From Octopus bimaculoides (lineage: Eukaryota), in the NCBI RefSeq assembly GCF_001194135.2, contig NC_068989.1, positions 55,508,651-55,572,650 on the forward strand: a stretch of 64,000 nt of DNA, written 5' to 3'. Of this stretch, positions 1-12,122 are shown in pieces. A model generated the notes under the pieces. That model was not told where the DNA came from. It ran no database searches and worked only from the letters and a program-made list of their open reading frames with translations. Position numbers and translations under genes: made by a program. Every line of letters begins with the position of its first letter. Position 1 is the first letter of the stretch.

Positions 1-48
1 ATATATATATACACACATATATATATATACACATATATATATATATAT

Positions 49-101
<53 letters not shown>
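1..101. repeat. (AT)n/(AC) microsatellite
   Basis: Dinucleotide run seen directly. Confidence 0.95.
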
Positions 102-104
<3 letters not shown>

Positions 105-167
105 GTGTCTGAAACCGACAGAGTACTTGGAGATTTAAACGGTAATAACCTATTTCCTTGTATTTAC

Positions 168-223
168 GTATATTTCAAAATTCTGAGGATGGCCTACCCA
201 GCATTTCTCTGGACCCAAACGAT
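168..223 (-). CDS. Candidate 56-nt internal exon (D)RLGPEKCWVGHPQNFEIY, gene unknown
   Basis: Minus strand: ...aatttatccag|ATCGTTTGG...GAAATATAC|gtaaat; one frame open (phase 1 to 0). Splice-site pattern only. Confidence 0.18.
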
Positions 224-705
224 CTGGATAAATTGTCCAACAAGTTGAGAGAATGAAAGGAGTAGAGAAATACACACCCTTTAGATATATCTTAGGCTCA
301 ATAATAAAAGATTAGATTAATACTCGGCCGAAACACGTTACGTGCATGAAGTGTTTACGTACACCGATTTAATTAGAGCTGAAAGGTGGAACGATAAATT
401 TAGCTTAGGCAGTGATCAACACCTACCACACAATTTTGCCAGAAGCCGTCGTTAAAAAGATACACTGACATCACATAACACGAGACGTGGCGGAATTTCT
501 GTAGAAGAGGAGAATGCAGTGGCCGATGACATAGTTCTCTGTTGTGTCAATGATTACATATATATATAAAACTACACACAATATCACAAGAAAAACACAT
601 AAACACGAAGTTATTTCCGATTATTTACACGAAATTCGGAAGACGATAAAGAAAACATGTCACCTTAAAACAAACATTAACAGCATGCGGAATAGAAGCA
701 CGAAC

Positions 706-744
<39 letters not shown>

Positions 745-1349
745 TTTAAAAAAATAAAAGCTCACTCAACCCAATTTGACTCGCTAATTAGTAAATGTTG
801 GTGATATTAGGATGAGCACGTGATAAAACAATAGTTTTACCATAAAGCGGAGACAGCGACAATGACTGATATTATAAGGTGAAACGTAACGAAGCATAAT
901 TTCAGATTGGACGGGAAAATATGAGAAAGGTTCGAGTGAGAAAAGAAGATACAGGCAGTAAAGACGGTTGTAATCTCTACAGGAACAGCATTACATTACG
1001 GCATGAATAAGGAAACAAACAAGACTGACTGACCCTCACCTGTATAATGTTTTTCCTCGTTTACGCTTGTCTATAAAAAAGTATTAAATTACTCACACAA
1101 CTGAGACAAAGGGGGAGAGAGAGATGTGAAATATATGACTTTATAGTGACGAACTTGTGAAATAACAGCCACAAATAAACCATTTTAAAAGGTGTGAATG
1201 AAAGAAGCTTTATTGGAACAGTTTATTATATTACAAACGCACACACACACCATTGAGAAATCACAAATGTACGTAGTACGTCACACATTCACACACAGCC
1301 ATATGCTTATGGTCGACTGCACATACACACAGACTATAGATGGACACGC

Positions 1350-1510
1350 ACACATACGATTACAGACGAACACACACACACACGGTTACAAATGAACACG
1401 CACACACGGTTACAGATGAATACACACACACATGATTACAGATAAACACACACACACATGATTACAGATGAACGCACACACACGATCACAGATAAACGCA
1501 CACACACACA
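1350..1510. repeat. Degenerate 22-26 bp minisatellite (cacacacacggttacagatgaa-like)
   Basis: About 7 units of acac(n)-(g/t)gttacagatgaa visible. Confidence 0.85.
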
Positions 1511-1526
1511 CACACAATCCATCGGG

Positions 1527-1579
<53 letters not shown>

Positions 1580-1671
1580 TAGTCACCTAACTGATTGCGC
1601 ATACATATATACACGAACACAATACCTAAACTCAGTGTTAGCTAGTCACATAAAGCTCCACATACACACAC

Positions 1672-1711
<40 letters not shown>

Positions 1712-2197
1712 TATAAATAGCTAGCTCCCACACGCGTATACAAGGTTACAAAGACATTAACACACATAATGACAAACACCCACATGCATTATCAAAGACA
1801 GACACACGCCTATTTAGTTAGACAGAAGCAGACACACTTAGCCACATATTACACAGAAGACTTAGTGTTATATAAAAATCAGGCATATATACACACACAT
1901 ACACAGTCAGTGTGGTTATAGCAGCATACATAGGTATACACAAACGGTTATATAGACATGTAGAGTTTCATTTTTTTTTTTAAGAGAAAGCAATGCGAAA
2001 AAACATAATCAATCAGATCAATAAAAACTCAATAGGTCACACACAGACGCACACACATATGCACTTGCGAACGTAAACACTTATACACATGTGAACACAT
2101 GTGTAAACAGAAATATGCGCAAAATCAAATACGTAGCAGATGAAATATATACGCGCACACACACACATTATACATAACATCCCATACACAAAGACAT

Positions 2198-2239
<42 letters not shown>

Positions 2240-3179
2240 ATGGAGAGAGAGAAAGAAAGGGAGAGAAACAGTGGGGTTCCAAAGTCGGGGGTGGAAATGA
2301 GATAAACGAAAATAAACAAAATGAAAACAATGGATGTGGCTATAAAGAGGGTGAGTCCACGTACTCCGTGATGGGTGGAAATTGATGATAGAGATATTGC
2401 TGAAAGAGGGAGGCAGACAACAAAAATATAATATAATACTAAGGAAACATATAAGGGGTTATAGGAGAAGAGTGGAGGGAACAAGGAAAAAGATCGAGTC
2501 AACTTAACAGCAATCAGAGAAGACGTGTACAAAAGAGAGAGAGAAAAAGTGCGACGGTGGCGAGAAAGAAATTCAAATGAGAGAAAGAGAGAAAGAGAGA
2601 AGAGGAAGTGAAGGACTAAAGTAGAAGACCTGAAAGGATTAATCACAGTCTGAAAGAAGGAAAAAGGGACAAATTGAACATAATAGCATATTCCGTTTGC
2701 TTGGAAGGGAGAGATGGAATGAATAAACCAAAACAAAGTAGAATCCTGTCCTTTTTTTTTTTTTTTTTTTTAATCCACGCAGGAAGAAAGGACCCAATTC
2801 AGTCTCAATATACCCTGGCCTCGAAATTCCGTCAAACATTGAAATTTTAGCACACCCCTTCTTTTGGTCAAAACTTGCAACTGTTCTCCAGTAATACCTA
2901 AATCTATTCACCGTTTTGTAGTAGAACTCATTGAGACAGCAAAGCGTTTAGACAAAAAAGGAATACCACATTTAAGAGGCCTTTCCGTGCTTAGTTTACT
3001 GCCTTTTAGGTATTGCTGAAATTCCGAAGGGGTTAGCTCTGCCTTTCATTGGTTAGGAGCGTTGAAATTCTATACCAGTTACGTTATAAGAACGATTCAA
3101 CGGACTGTGGCGATTATTATTATTATTATTATCATCATCATCATCATCATCATTATTATTATTATTATTATTATTATTA

Positions 3180-3292
3180 GACTTTGCCTTTCATCCTTTC
3201 GGATTCGATGAAATAAGTGCCAGTCGAGCACTGTGGTCGATGTACTCGACTAGTCCCTTCCCTCACAATTTCAGCCCTTGTGTCTACAATAG
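3180..3292 (+). mobile_element. SINE fragment, family D (conserved core and tail)
   Basis: gactttgcctttcatcctttcgg..cgatgaaataagtgccag core recurs in more than 15 copies in this window. Confidence 0.8.
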
Positions 3293-3649
3293 GCTTATTG
3301 TTGTTTTTATTTTTGTTGTTGTTTGTTAACACATGATCATCTGAGAAGTGTTTGGAATACGAAAGAGACAGAGTGCGTAGATGAGAAGACGAAGAGAAAA
3401 ACAAAACAAAACAAACAAACAAACAAACAAAAAAAAGACAATGCTATCTGCTTACCATCTCCCTTCCCCACAATACTCGGGTACATAAAACAGAGAGGGG
3501 TGAAACGAGAGAGAATTTTAGTGAAGGTATAAGTTAATAAGAGATAGTAATAGGCGAAGAAGTTCTGACGAAAGAGAGAGAGAGAGAGAGAGAAAGAAAG
3601 AAAGAGAGACGGGGGAACGTTGATAAAGAAGTTGGTAAATAAAACAGAG

Positions 3650-5213
3650 AGAGTACTTACCCCCTAAAGGATGAGAAGGACACCGTCGGTTAGTACTATA
3701 ATACTCCGCTTATTTGTTAGTGTCAGTATTACTGTTGCCGCTGCAACCGCTGCTAAAAACCAAGATAGCGTTCAGCGCTCACAAAAACGGGGGACGAAAT
3801 CCAAAAACGGATCGAAGCAGAGTTGGCAATGTGCAAGAAAGCATGACTTATACGCTGGTGCGTGTGTGTGCGTGTGTTGTAATTTTATATATGTATGTAT
3901 ATATGTGTGTGTGTGTGTGTGTGCGTGTACGAGTCTATTGGCTCATCGGCGAGCTAAGTACCTGTTCTTTTGCTACAGTAGGCTTGTATGTGGTCTAGCG
4001 GGAATTGACTAGAAATTGTTATATATTTACACACGCATTAACACTCACACAAACGGACAGCAGAAAGACAGGCTAGTAAGGTGCGCTGTGTGTGTGTGTG
4101 TAAGTAAAGTGGTGGTTTACAATTGACAACTCCGACACACAGCATGGAACGACGACGAAAACAACAACAACAATATTAATAATAATGAAAATGAGGTTCA
4201 GTGATGCGGTGGGCTGACTTTGGGTAAACTGTAACCCGTTTCCTCATCAGAAAGTAAGGTGCATCGAGCCATGACAGCTGTATATCCGCCATCATCATCG
4301 TCATCGTCAGTGGAGGGTGACAATCGCCGGTCAAGCAACACTGCTGTAGCGGACAAGGTCAACAGTGCGTTTCCAACTAATGCACATGTATGGCCACACA
4401 AACACGCACGCACACAAACTACACACACGCTGCCTTAGAGCGAAAGGGTGAGGGAAGAAATTGTTAACGCGCTCCTAGTTTTCGTCAGTTCTTCTCTCGA
4501 CTAACATAGTCACCTGGTTTACGGGGATAAACCTGATCGAGTTCTTGTAGCGACCCTGACACTGAGACTAAGAGAAAATGACCGTGGGAAGCGAGGACCG
4601 ATGTAGATCCGACCAAGTAGTATTAATGGCTGCAGTGAGAGAGCGCGATCCGCTGTGCAGTTCTGCTGTATGTGTTATCTGTGTCAACGCCATATGCATC
4701 AGCTATGTTTAGTGGAGGGAAGAGGCCACGAACTGCTAGAAGAGAAGTCTTGCACCAGCTGGATAAACAAGCCAGCCATTCTCTGTGTCATGCTTCAGCA
4801 CTTACTGCTAAGGGAGTGCCAACAGCTGATATACACGGATAATATACTACACACACTAAACCTATTTCGCCATACACACATACATGCATAAATATTAGCC
4901 AAAGAATTATACACATACAGACATACATATATATATATATACATACATACATACGTACATACATATAACCGAAGCAACAAATCCGACACACAGACACACT
5001 ATTTAACTAGACACATATGCTTCAACTAAGCAAGCAGTCAGATTCGCGTGTGCACACATATACACGAATTAACGAAGCAACCAGTCATGTACACACACAC
5101 ACACACACTCACACAAACATACACACAGACAAATACAGTTTTTAATCAAACAACCAGTCAGATAAGACACACGTACACATACATACACATCATTTAGCCA
5201 AGCNNNNNNNNNN

Positions 5214-5255
<42 letters not shown>

Positions 5256-5480
5256 GCTTCACAAGAATGATTCCACATCTCATGGAAATACGTGAGCGCA
5301 TCGTATGTGTGCATGTGTTACAGTATACATATATATATTTTTGTTGTTGTTGTTGTTGTTGTTGTTGTTAGCGAGCTCCGAAGAGCAGACGTAGGTTCCC
5401 CGGCTGGTCGCGTCTTCGAACCGATTTCAATTTCAGCTTGGAACTATTTTCTTTCGATTGTCAGCTTTAGTTAATGCTCT
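3650..5480. promoter_or_regulatory. Putative promoter / first-exon region, possibly divergent
   Basis: GC/CpG-rich unique patches; minus donors at 3660 and about 4807; plus donor CAGAC|gtaggt at 5391; base skew appears to flip near 5.3 kb. Confidence 0.3.
3661..3752 (-). other. Candidate non-coding (5' UTR) exon of a minus-strand gene leaving the window leftwards
   Basis: Consensus donor GGGG|gtaagt at 3660; acceptor ttggtttttag| (NAGNAG) at 3753; CpG-rich; plus strand to the left is A/C-skewed. Confidence 0.33.
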
Positions 5481-5744
5481 TGAAAACAGGAACTTTCCAC
5501 TATCCAATTCTTTCAACCGTAACTCTGATGAATCATTATTATTTGTTATTATTATTGTGTAAGAGACGCTCATGCACTTTGACCATACCGATGCAGTTTC
5601 GCTCCCTAGTTAAAACGATTTACATTTCACTTACGTTATATTAATACCGTTAGGAAAAAAAAAAGTTTTTATCTTATGGAGATTTTTTTTTTAATAAAAT
5701 TTTTGTCGTTACGTATTTAAAGACAAAGTGATATAATTTCTAAC

Positions 5745-5940
5745 ACAGACACGGACCACAAATTTGGGGAAGTAAACAATCGATTAAATCGACCCCGATA
5801 CTTTACTGATTACATTAATTTCATCGACCCCAGAAAGGTGAAAGGCAAAGTTGACCTCGGTGGAATTTGAACTCTGAACATGAAGAGCTGTAGCTAAATA
5901 CCAAAAGGCATTTTTTCATCCGACGCTCAAACGATTCTTA
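5745..5940 (-). mobile_element. tRNA-headed SINE, family D
   Basis: Reverse complement of the gagttcaaattccaccgaggtcaactttgcctttcacc core. Confidence 0.85.
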
Positions 5941-6151
5941 TGAGAGAAAGATTAAAAAGAATGTGAGTAGCCAGTGGGACTCGAGCTCTCATTTATCCCC
6001 TTTTGATGCTTCGATGTGCAATTTTCGTGTGAGTACGTTTCTCTTTGTTTAAAAGTGTAAACACACATTATCCCGTTCATTCAAGATTAACCTACAATAT
6101 TTAATAGCCTTGTGTGTGTGTGTGTATTTGTCTCTCTCTCTCTCTCTCTCA

Positions 6152-6185
<34 letters not shown>

Positions 6186-6511
6186 NNNNNNNNNNNNNNN
6201 NNNNNNNNNNNNNNNNNNNNNNNNNNNNNNNNNNNNNNNNNNNNNNNNNNNNNNNNNNNNNNNNNNNNNNNNNNNNNNNNNNNNNNNNNNNNNNNNNNNN
6301 NNNNNNNNNNNNNNNNNNNNNNNNNNNNNNNNNNNNNNNNNNNNNNNNNNNNNNNNNNNNNNNNNNNNNNNNNNNNNNNNNNNNNNNNNNNNNNNNNNNN
6401 NNNNNNNNNNNNNNNNNNNNNNNNNNNNNNNNNNCCCTCCTATTAGTCACGGAGGTTTTTGTATAGGGTCATGGGTACTGCCTCCCTTCCTGTCTAAAGG
6501 AAAGAAGGCAG

Positions 6512-6522
6512 GATAGACAGAC

Positions 6523-6587
<65 letters not shown>
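6512..6587. repeat. (GATA)n microsatellite
   Basis: Seen directly. Confidence 0.95.
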
Positions 6588-7795
6588 TGGCAGACTTTGG
6601 GAACCAGTTAGACGACAGTGTCACGCTACTGTCTGTATTATATATTACAAAGTAAGGGAGTTCAATGATCTAATGAAAACACAGGCGAGAGAGACTTAAC
6701 CCACTGCGCATGTACTTGTTACTCAAAACAATCTCAAAATTCGATATATGCCAGTGTAAAGATGCCGATGTGGGGGAAGTGTATCCTATTAATAACACAT
6801 CACATGGTAAAGTGGATGTTATAAACACGAGTCTACGCAGGTTCAATCCCACTAAGGTTTATATGCCTGTTTTCTTATATAAAGTAGTTTTGTATTTAAG
6901 CACGTTATGCACAGTCTAAAATGTAAACACGTTTTCACCGCGTAGCTTTGACTGAATTTAATTTTTTTTTTCTTTTTGTTCTTGTTATTTCGAAATACGT
7001 CAGAACTGATTAAGTAATATTAATGAAGCAGTGTACTATCGCTTTTTTTGTTTTTTTGGCTATCATTTTTTTTTATCGAGTGGTAAGTGAACACCCATGT
7101 AGCTCTCTTACAGAGCCGACGCTACGCTCTAGGCAAACTAGACGATCGCCCAAGGCGCCCAAATAGCTCAAATTCTGAAAAACTCAGGCAAAATTTCTTC
7201 ATCCGACTAAAAACACGAAAACTCAATAACAAAGAGAGCAGATGCAGTTACGCAATTACCCTCGGAACAGAAAGAAGTTGAGGCTCAGGGTTGAAACGAG
7301 AGGGTGGTTTTAGGGACTTGACAACTGACTTGGTAAGGAACATTCCAAATTACGCTAAAACAGATTTACTCACATGCATGATCAGGGTACAATAAATTTC
7401 TCGTTCATATGATGATCATAATTTTTCTGCTGCATTTTTCAGTTTGTAAAGAAGGTGATGGTTGTAATAGATAAATAAATAAACGGTGAACAGGACACAC
7501 TGATGTTGTTGACCGAAAGGCACTGTATGTCCTGGTTCCGCTTAGCTTTCGGAAAATCAACTCCTCAACCCTGGCGGTTTTAACATACAGTTAGTTCCAA
7601 GAAACACACGCTCTCGGAAACGATATGAACGTCATGTCTTCTTACCACTACAGATTCTGGGCTTCATATATAAATAAGAAATGCTTGGTTGACAAGACCG
7701 ATTCATCGCCACGCTATATACGGTTATTCCGGCTAGTGTTTTACAGTTCGATATTTCAATTCTATAGACATTACCTTTATTGTTCATGTTTCCAG

Positions 7796-7942
7796 GAACC
7801 AGTACAACAACTTTCGATCCATCTTGTCTTGCAAAAATAGAGATTTCTTACGCAGAACACAAGGTCAACTGTTGAAAGACAAGGCTGAGTCTGTTGCATC
7901 GACAAAGTACACAAGTGGCACAAATTCTCTCAACTGCCAGAG
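7796..7942 (+). CDS. Candidate 147-nt symmetric exon NQYNNFRSILSCKNRDFLRRTQGQLLKDKAESVASTKYTSGTNSLNCQ
   Basis: Acceptor ttgttcatgtttccag|G; donor CAGAG|gtacga; phase 2 to 2; only one frame open; unique sequence. No family recognised. Confidence 0.35.
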
Positions 7943-8789
7943 GTACGAATAACAAAACTGTTGATATTTGAACACGGGACCAAGAGGGAAGAAATTTAAT
8001 TGTTATAATGCATTTAATCTGGCCACCCAATACCTCACAATGAAACATAAATGAAGGGTGAGTTGCGGATGGGGGCTTTAATCATTATATAAGTATACAA
8101 TCGACAATAGCTGCAGTGGTTTCACTAAACCTTCCACGCAATCAACATAATACCCTGTTGAAAAAAAAAAGTTACAATTACGTTGCTAAACTCTGGGAAA
8201 GATATGCCATTACCAAATATTATTTATTAATTGTCATTATTGGGAAAGGACATTTCTGTCATCGGCACAACTATTAATTGTCAATTCTTGAAAAAGACAT
8301 GAATGTCACAGTTTCCTATTTCTTCTCTTTTAAACCCTCCAGGACTCCATGCATAATAAAATAATTATTGTAATTGAATGATTGATCGATGATAATGATG
8401 ACGAACGAGTGAAATAAAATTATCAGAAAATTACCGAGCTTTTAACTTGACAGTAAAACTGGAGATGCTACTGCCTTTATGCTTCATTAGTTTATGAGAG
8501 AGAGAAAGAGAGAGAGAGCTAGCAAATTTTTAATTGATTTCCAAAGACACAAACAATTGGAAGCAAGAGAAAAAGTGTACTGTTTAACACAAATATCGAT
8601 CTTAATGTGACTGAATGACCCTAGTTGATGATGGCATCAGTAATCACAGTTGACTAGGCAGAACATCACATACTAAAGCCTTGCCATCGCGGATGGTCGG
8701 CTTTAATATACCATAAATGTCTCCATTAACACATCTTCCTTTACACGTGTGCAATACCATCAGCGTTATCAAATATTTCATTATACCAT

Positions 8790-9460
8790 GTTTGGTAATA
8801 TTAATTTAAAATTTTGGCACAAGGCCAGTAATTTCAGGGGTGGCGGGTAAGTCGATTACATGAACCCCAGTGCTCAACTGGTACTTATTTTAACAATCTC
8901 AAAAGGATGAAAGACAAAGTCAGCCTCGGCGGAATTTGAACTTAGAACGAAAAGACAGACGAAATGTCGGAGAGTGTTTTGCCCGGTCTGCTAACGATTT
9001 TGCCAGCTCACCGTCTTACTATGATATGTTTGATAATATTGGTTTCAAATTCTGGCACAAGGCCAGCAATTTCGATTACAATGCACCAGTGTTCAACTGG
9101 TACTTAATTCATCGACCCCGAAAGGATAAAAGTTTATGTCGACCTCATCAGAATTTGAATTCAGAACGTAAAGAGCCGGAAGAAATGTCGCTAAGCATTT
9201 TCTCCGGCGTGCTAACAATACTGCTAACTCGCCACCTTCTAAAGAGTTTATCCAGTTTAAGAACAAAGCCAACGATTTTCTCTCCCCCCCCCCCCACTTT
9301 TTTTAAGAGATAGACTACTCGATTACACTGACCCCTAGTTCTTCCCTGGGATTTTATTTTATCAACTCCAGAGTGATGAAAGGTAAAGCTGAGCTCGGTG
9401 CAATTTGAACTCAGAATATAAAGGAGCCGAAAGAAATACCACGCGGCAATTTCTTCTACA
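8790..9460 (-). mobile_element. Three consecutive family-D SINE copies
   Basis: gg(a/tgc)aatttgaa(c/t)tcagaa motif at about 8930, 9150 and 9400, all in the same orientation. Confidence 0.85.
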
Positions 9461-10540
9461 AGAGTGACAGATGAGTGGACATTACATGGGCAAATTACAA
9501 AAACAATAGGTGAAGGTTGCAGAATCGGTTACGGAAAAAAACTAACGAGGAAAACTAAAGGGTACAAAGGGGCTGAAATGAGACCTCCCAAAAGGGATGA
9601 CAGTCACAAAACACCGATGAAAGAACTGCACATATCCAGGATTACATGACTACTAATTGCAAGTGTCCTCTCCAAGCAGCATTCTTCGGTTTATAGATGC
9701 ATGGCGAGAATAGCATGCACCAGTAGACACATCTGGGCCATTCTCACCAACTTTTCAGTAAATTTGAGTCTTGGCCGAAGAGGCACAAGTCTGTCTTTAG
9801 CCCATTCAATTGTGTCAGCATTCACTCGCTAGCGTCATATCCATTTGACCAGTGGTTCTCAACCGAGGTCAATATGGCTCTTGGCAGTCCATATAAGATT
9901 TGTTGTTAAGCCCTAAGTGCAATAAATTGATTACACTTCTACAATACACAAAACATTCTAACATTTTTTTTCTTAAACAATTCCTAATAATATTTAATTA
10001 TAAAAACATAATAGGACTTTTCAAACATCAAAAAGACTGGTGGTTCAGTAGAGTAAAATAGGAATCAAAGGGGTCTAGAAGTTTTAAAAGAAAAATGGTT
10101 GAGAAGCACTGCACTAGACAGTGAAAATGTACCCGTCCTTTTTGGTTATACGAGGGTAACAGGGCAATCCTTATGACGGACATGAATAATCACCGGATTC
10201 GTCCTACATGAGACAGACAACTGTTTAACGTAATTCTACGAGTCAGCAATGCTCATACTCTGAACGAAAGCATGCAGCGTGGTTTTGTCGCCCTGGGCAT
10301 ATCTCGTACGGACTCGATGAACAGTGAACAGACAACGCCCCACACCTATAACAAGCAGGGTTGACGTACCACCGAGTACGTTGTCTGGCTGGTAGAGAAC
10401 CGAGTGCACTTCACAACATTCTAAATGCCAGGTGCCCAGTCTTGGTTTTCGTTGGACCGAAGACTGCAGCTCCGACAAAAAGACGAGTTTGCGGGAAAAA
10501 CGTACCTCCCAAACGGCGACCACGCTGATTTCTGACACTG
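9460..10540 (-). mobile_element. Decayed 3' end of a Tx1/L1-like LINE (ORF2 C-terminus and 3' UTR), split by a MITE
   Basis: Minus translation RYAQGDKTTLHAFVQSMSIADS*NYVKQL resembles the decayed C-terminal CCHC region (C..DET..HAF..C); distal piece ends KFTEKLVRMAQM...LAMHL*, then a T-rich UTR. Family call from recall. Confidence 0.65.
9850..10111. mobile_element. hAT-type MITE
   Basis: TIRs cagtggttctcaacc / ggttgagaagcactg (14/15); 8-bp TSD catttgac / cactagac (6/8). Confidence 0.85.
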
Positions 10541-11250
10541 GAAGTTGGTAACAATTCTATAGGAAGAGTATGATCAATTAAGTCGACCTCAGTATATACA
10601 TTATTATTATTATTATTATATAAACCCAAAAAGAGTCGACACCGACAGGTTTTGAACTCAGAACATAAAGAGATGTAGCTACAGAGACAACTACAGTTCT
10701 TACGACACTACTAGTCCGCCGCTTTATGTTGTAGTAGTAGTAGTAGTATCTGATTTTGACACAAGGCCAACAAATTTTGAAGAGACTATGATGCCGATTA
10801 AACCAACCCAAGTTCTCCACTGGTTATTAAATCGATCGTGGTAGGATAAAAGGCAAGTTGACCGCGATGGGATATCAAACCAGAATGTAAAAATCCACAG
10901 CAAAGGCCATAAGGTATTTTTCCTACACTAAAACGATTCTGCCAGTCCACCAGCCATAATAACTTGTACTGAATAAATACAAGTTCACGGTGAGTTCATT
11001 CTAATATATTACTAATGGATAAGGTAGTCAGCTGGCAGAATCGTTACTACGCGCGGGGGGGGGGGAGATGCTTAGCGGCATTTCGTCCGTCTTTACGTTC
11101 TGAGTTCAAATTCCGCCGAAGTTGACTTTGCTTTTCATCCTTTCGGGGTCGATAAAATAAGTACCAGTAAAGCATTGGGGTCGATGTAAACGACTTAACC
11201 CTTCTTCTGCCCCAGAAATTGCTGGATTGTGCCAAGATCTGAAACCAATA
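10540..11250. mobile_element. Cluster of family-D SINEs; near-complete plus copy at 11023-11250
   Basis: gctggcagaatcgtt...gagttcaaattccgccgaagttgactttgcttttcatcctttcggggtcgataaaataagtaccag with CpGs intact; minus copies at about 10625-10950. Confidence 0.85.
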
Positions 11251-11947
11251 TATTATAAGTGGATGCTGTGTTAGAATACAAAATACTGCAATCGTTACCA
11301 TGAGACAAGCTCTCCAACTCTGGCTTAATTTTCACTCCTTTTTTTCTGCTTCTTCTTCTAGATAACTCTGACTACAATAGTTAGAGGAAAGGGAAGATAA
11401 AACGTTGCGCTAGCAAAGACATAAGCGGAGTAAGTGAAACAACGGCAACACAACCACCAGCACCATAAATCCTGAACTTGTCTCACTAGTAGCAAACATA
11501 GGTACTAACCAATAACAACAAACGGTAATAATTTGAAAAGTATGAGAATCGCTACTAATGAATAGCGATATCAGATTGTTGGCCCAGAAACAACAAATCC
11601 ACCTGCCTAATAATAAAATGCAGATGTCAACGTCTGCTGTACGTGATAGATTAATCAAGGCTGTTTTCATGAAGAAATAAAATATATCAATTCTGGCTGA
11701 AGAACCGCCAAAGATCTAACATTAACAGCCGGACCTGCTCACTACGCCTAATAAGCTACAACCGAACATGAGGTACAGACAGAAAACAGAGCCAAAATAG
11801 CAGTAGAGTGCAGCGGAGAAACAAGAATAGTATAACAGAGTTACTCGACAATGTAAGGTAACAACATTGGAATGACAATTGCAAGGTGCAAAATCATGAG
11901 TTGAGAATTGGTCTGAGATGGTTATATAATGGTCTTAACACACTTAA

Positions 11948-12122
11948 GGCGCATAGCTCAGTGGTTAGAGTGTCGGGTTCACAATCATGAGGTAGTGAAT
12001 TCGATTCCCGGATTGGGCTGTGTGTCGTATTCTTGAGCAAGACACTTTATTTCATGTTGCTCCAGTTCACTCCATTGTAGAAATGAGTTGCGGTGTCACT
12101 AGTGCCAAGCTGTATCGGCCTT
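11948..12122 (+). mobile_element. tRNA-headed SINE, family A
   Basis: A box tagctcagtgg, B box ttcgattcc, then cttgagcaagacactttatttc..ttgctccagttcact core. Confidence 0.85.

Noticed and set aside
2125-2736. 203-aa hydrophobic minus ORF with a TM-like stretch
   Set aside because: It is the reverse complement of a GA-rich, microsatellite-containing tract, which yields F/L/S by composition; I found no convincing donor.
4271-4438. Small plus ORF MTAVYPPSSSSSSVEGDNRR...
   Set aside because: 55 codons built partly on (TCA)n and (CA)n repeats; no phase-compatible downstream exon.
11948-12020. tRNA genes at SINE heads (also 14929, 17703, 28729)
   Set aside because: A and B boxes are present but there is no clean cloverleaf, and each continues into a repeat body.
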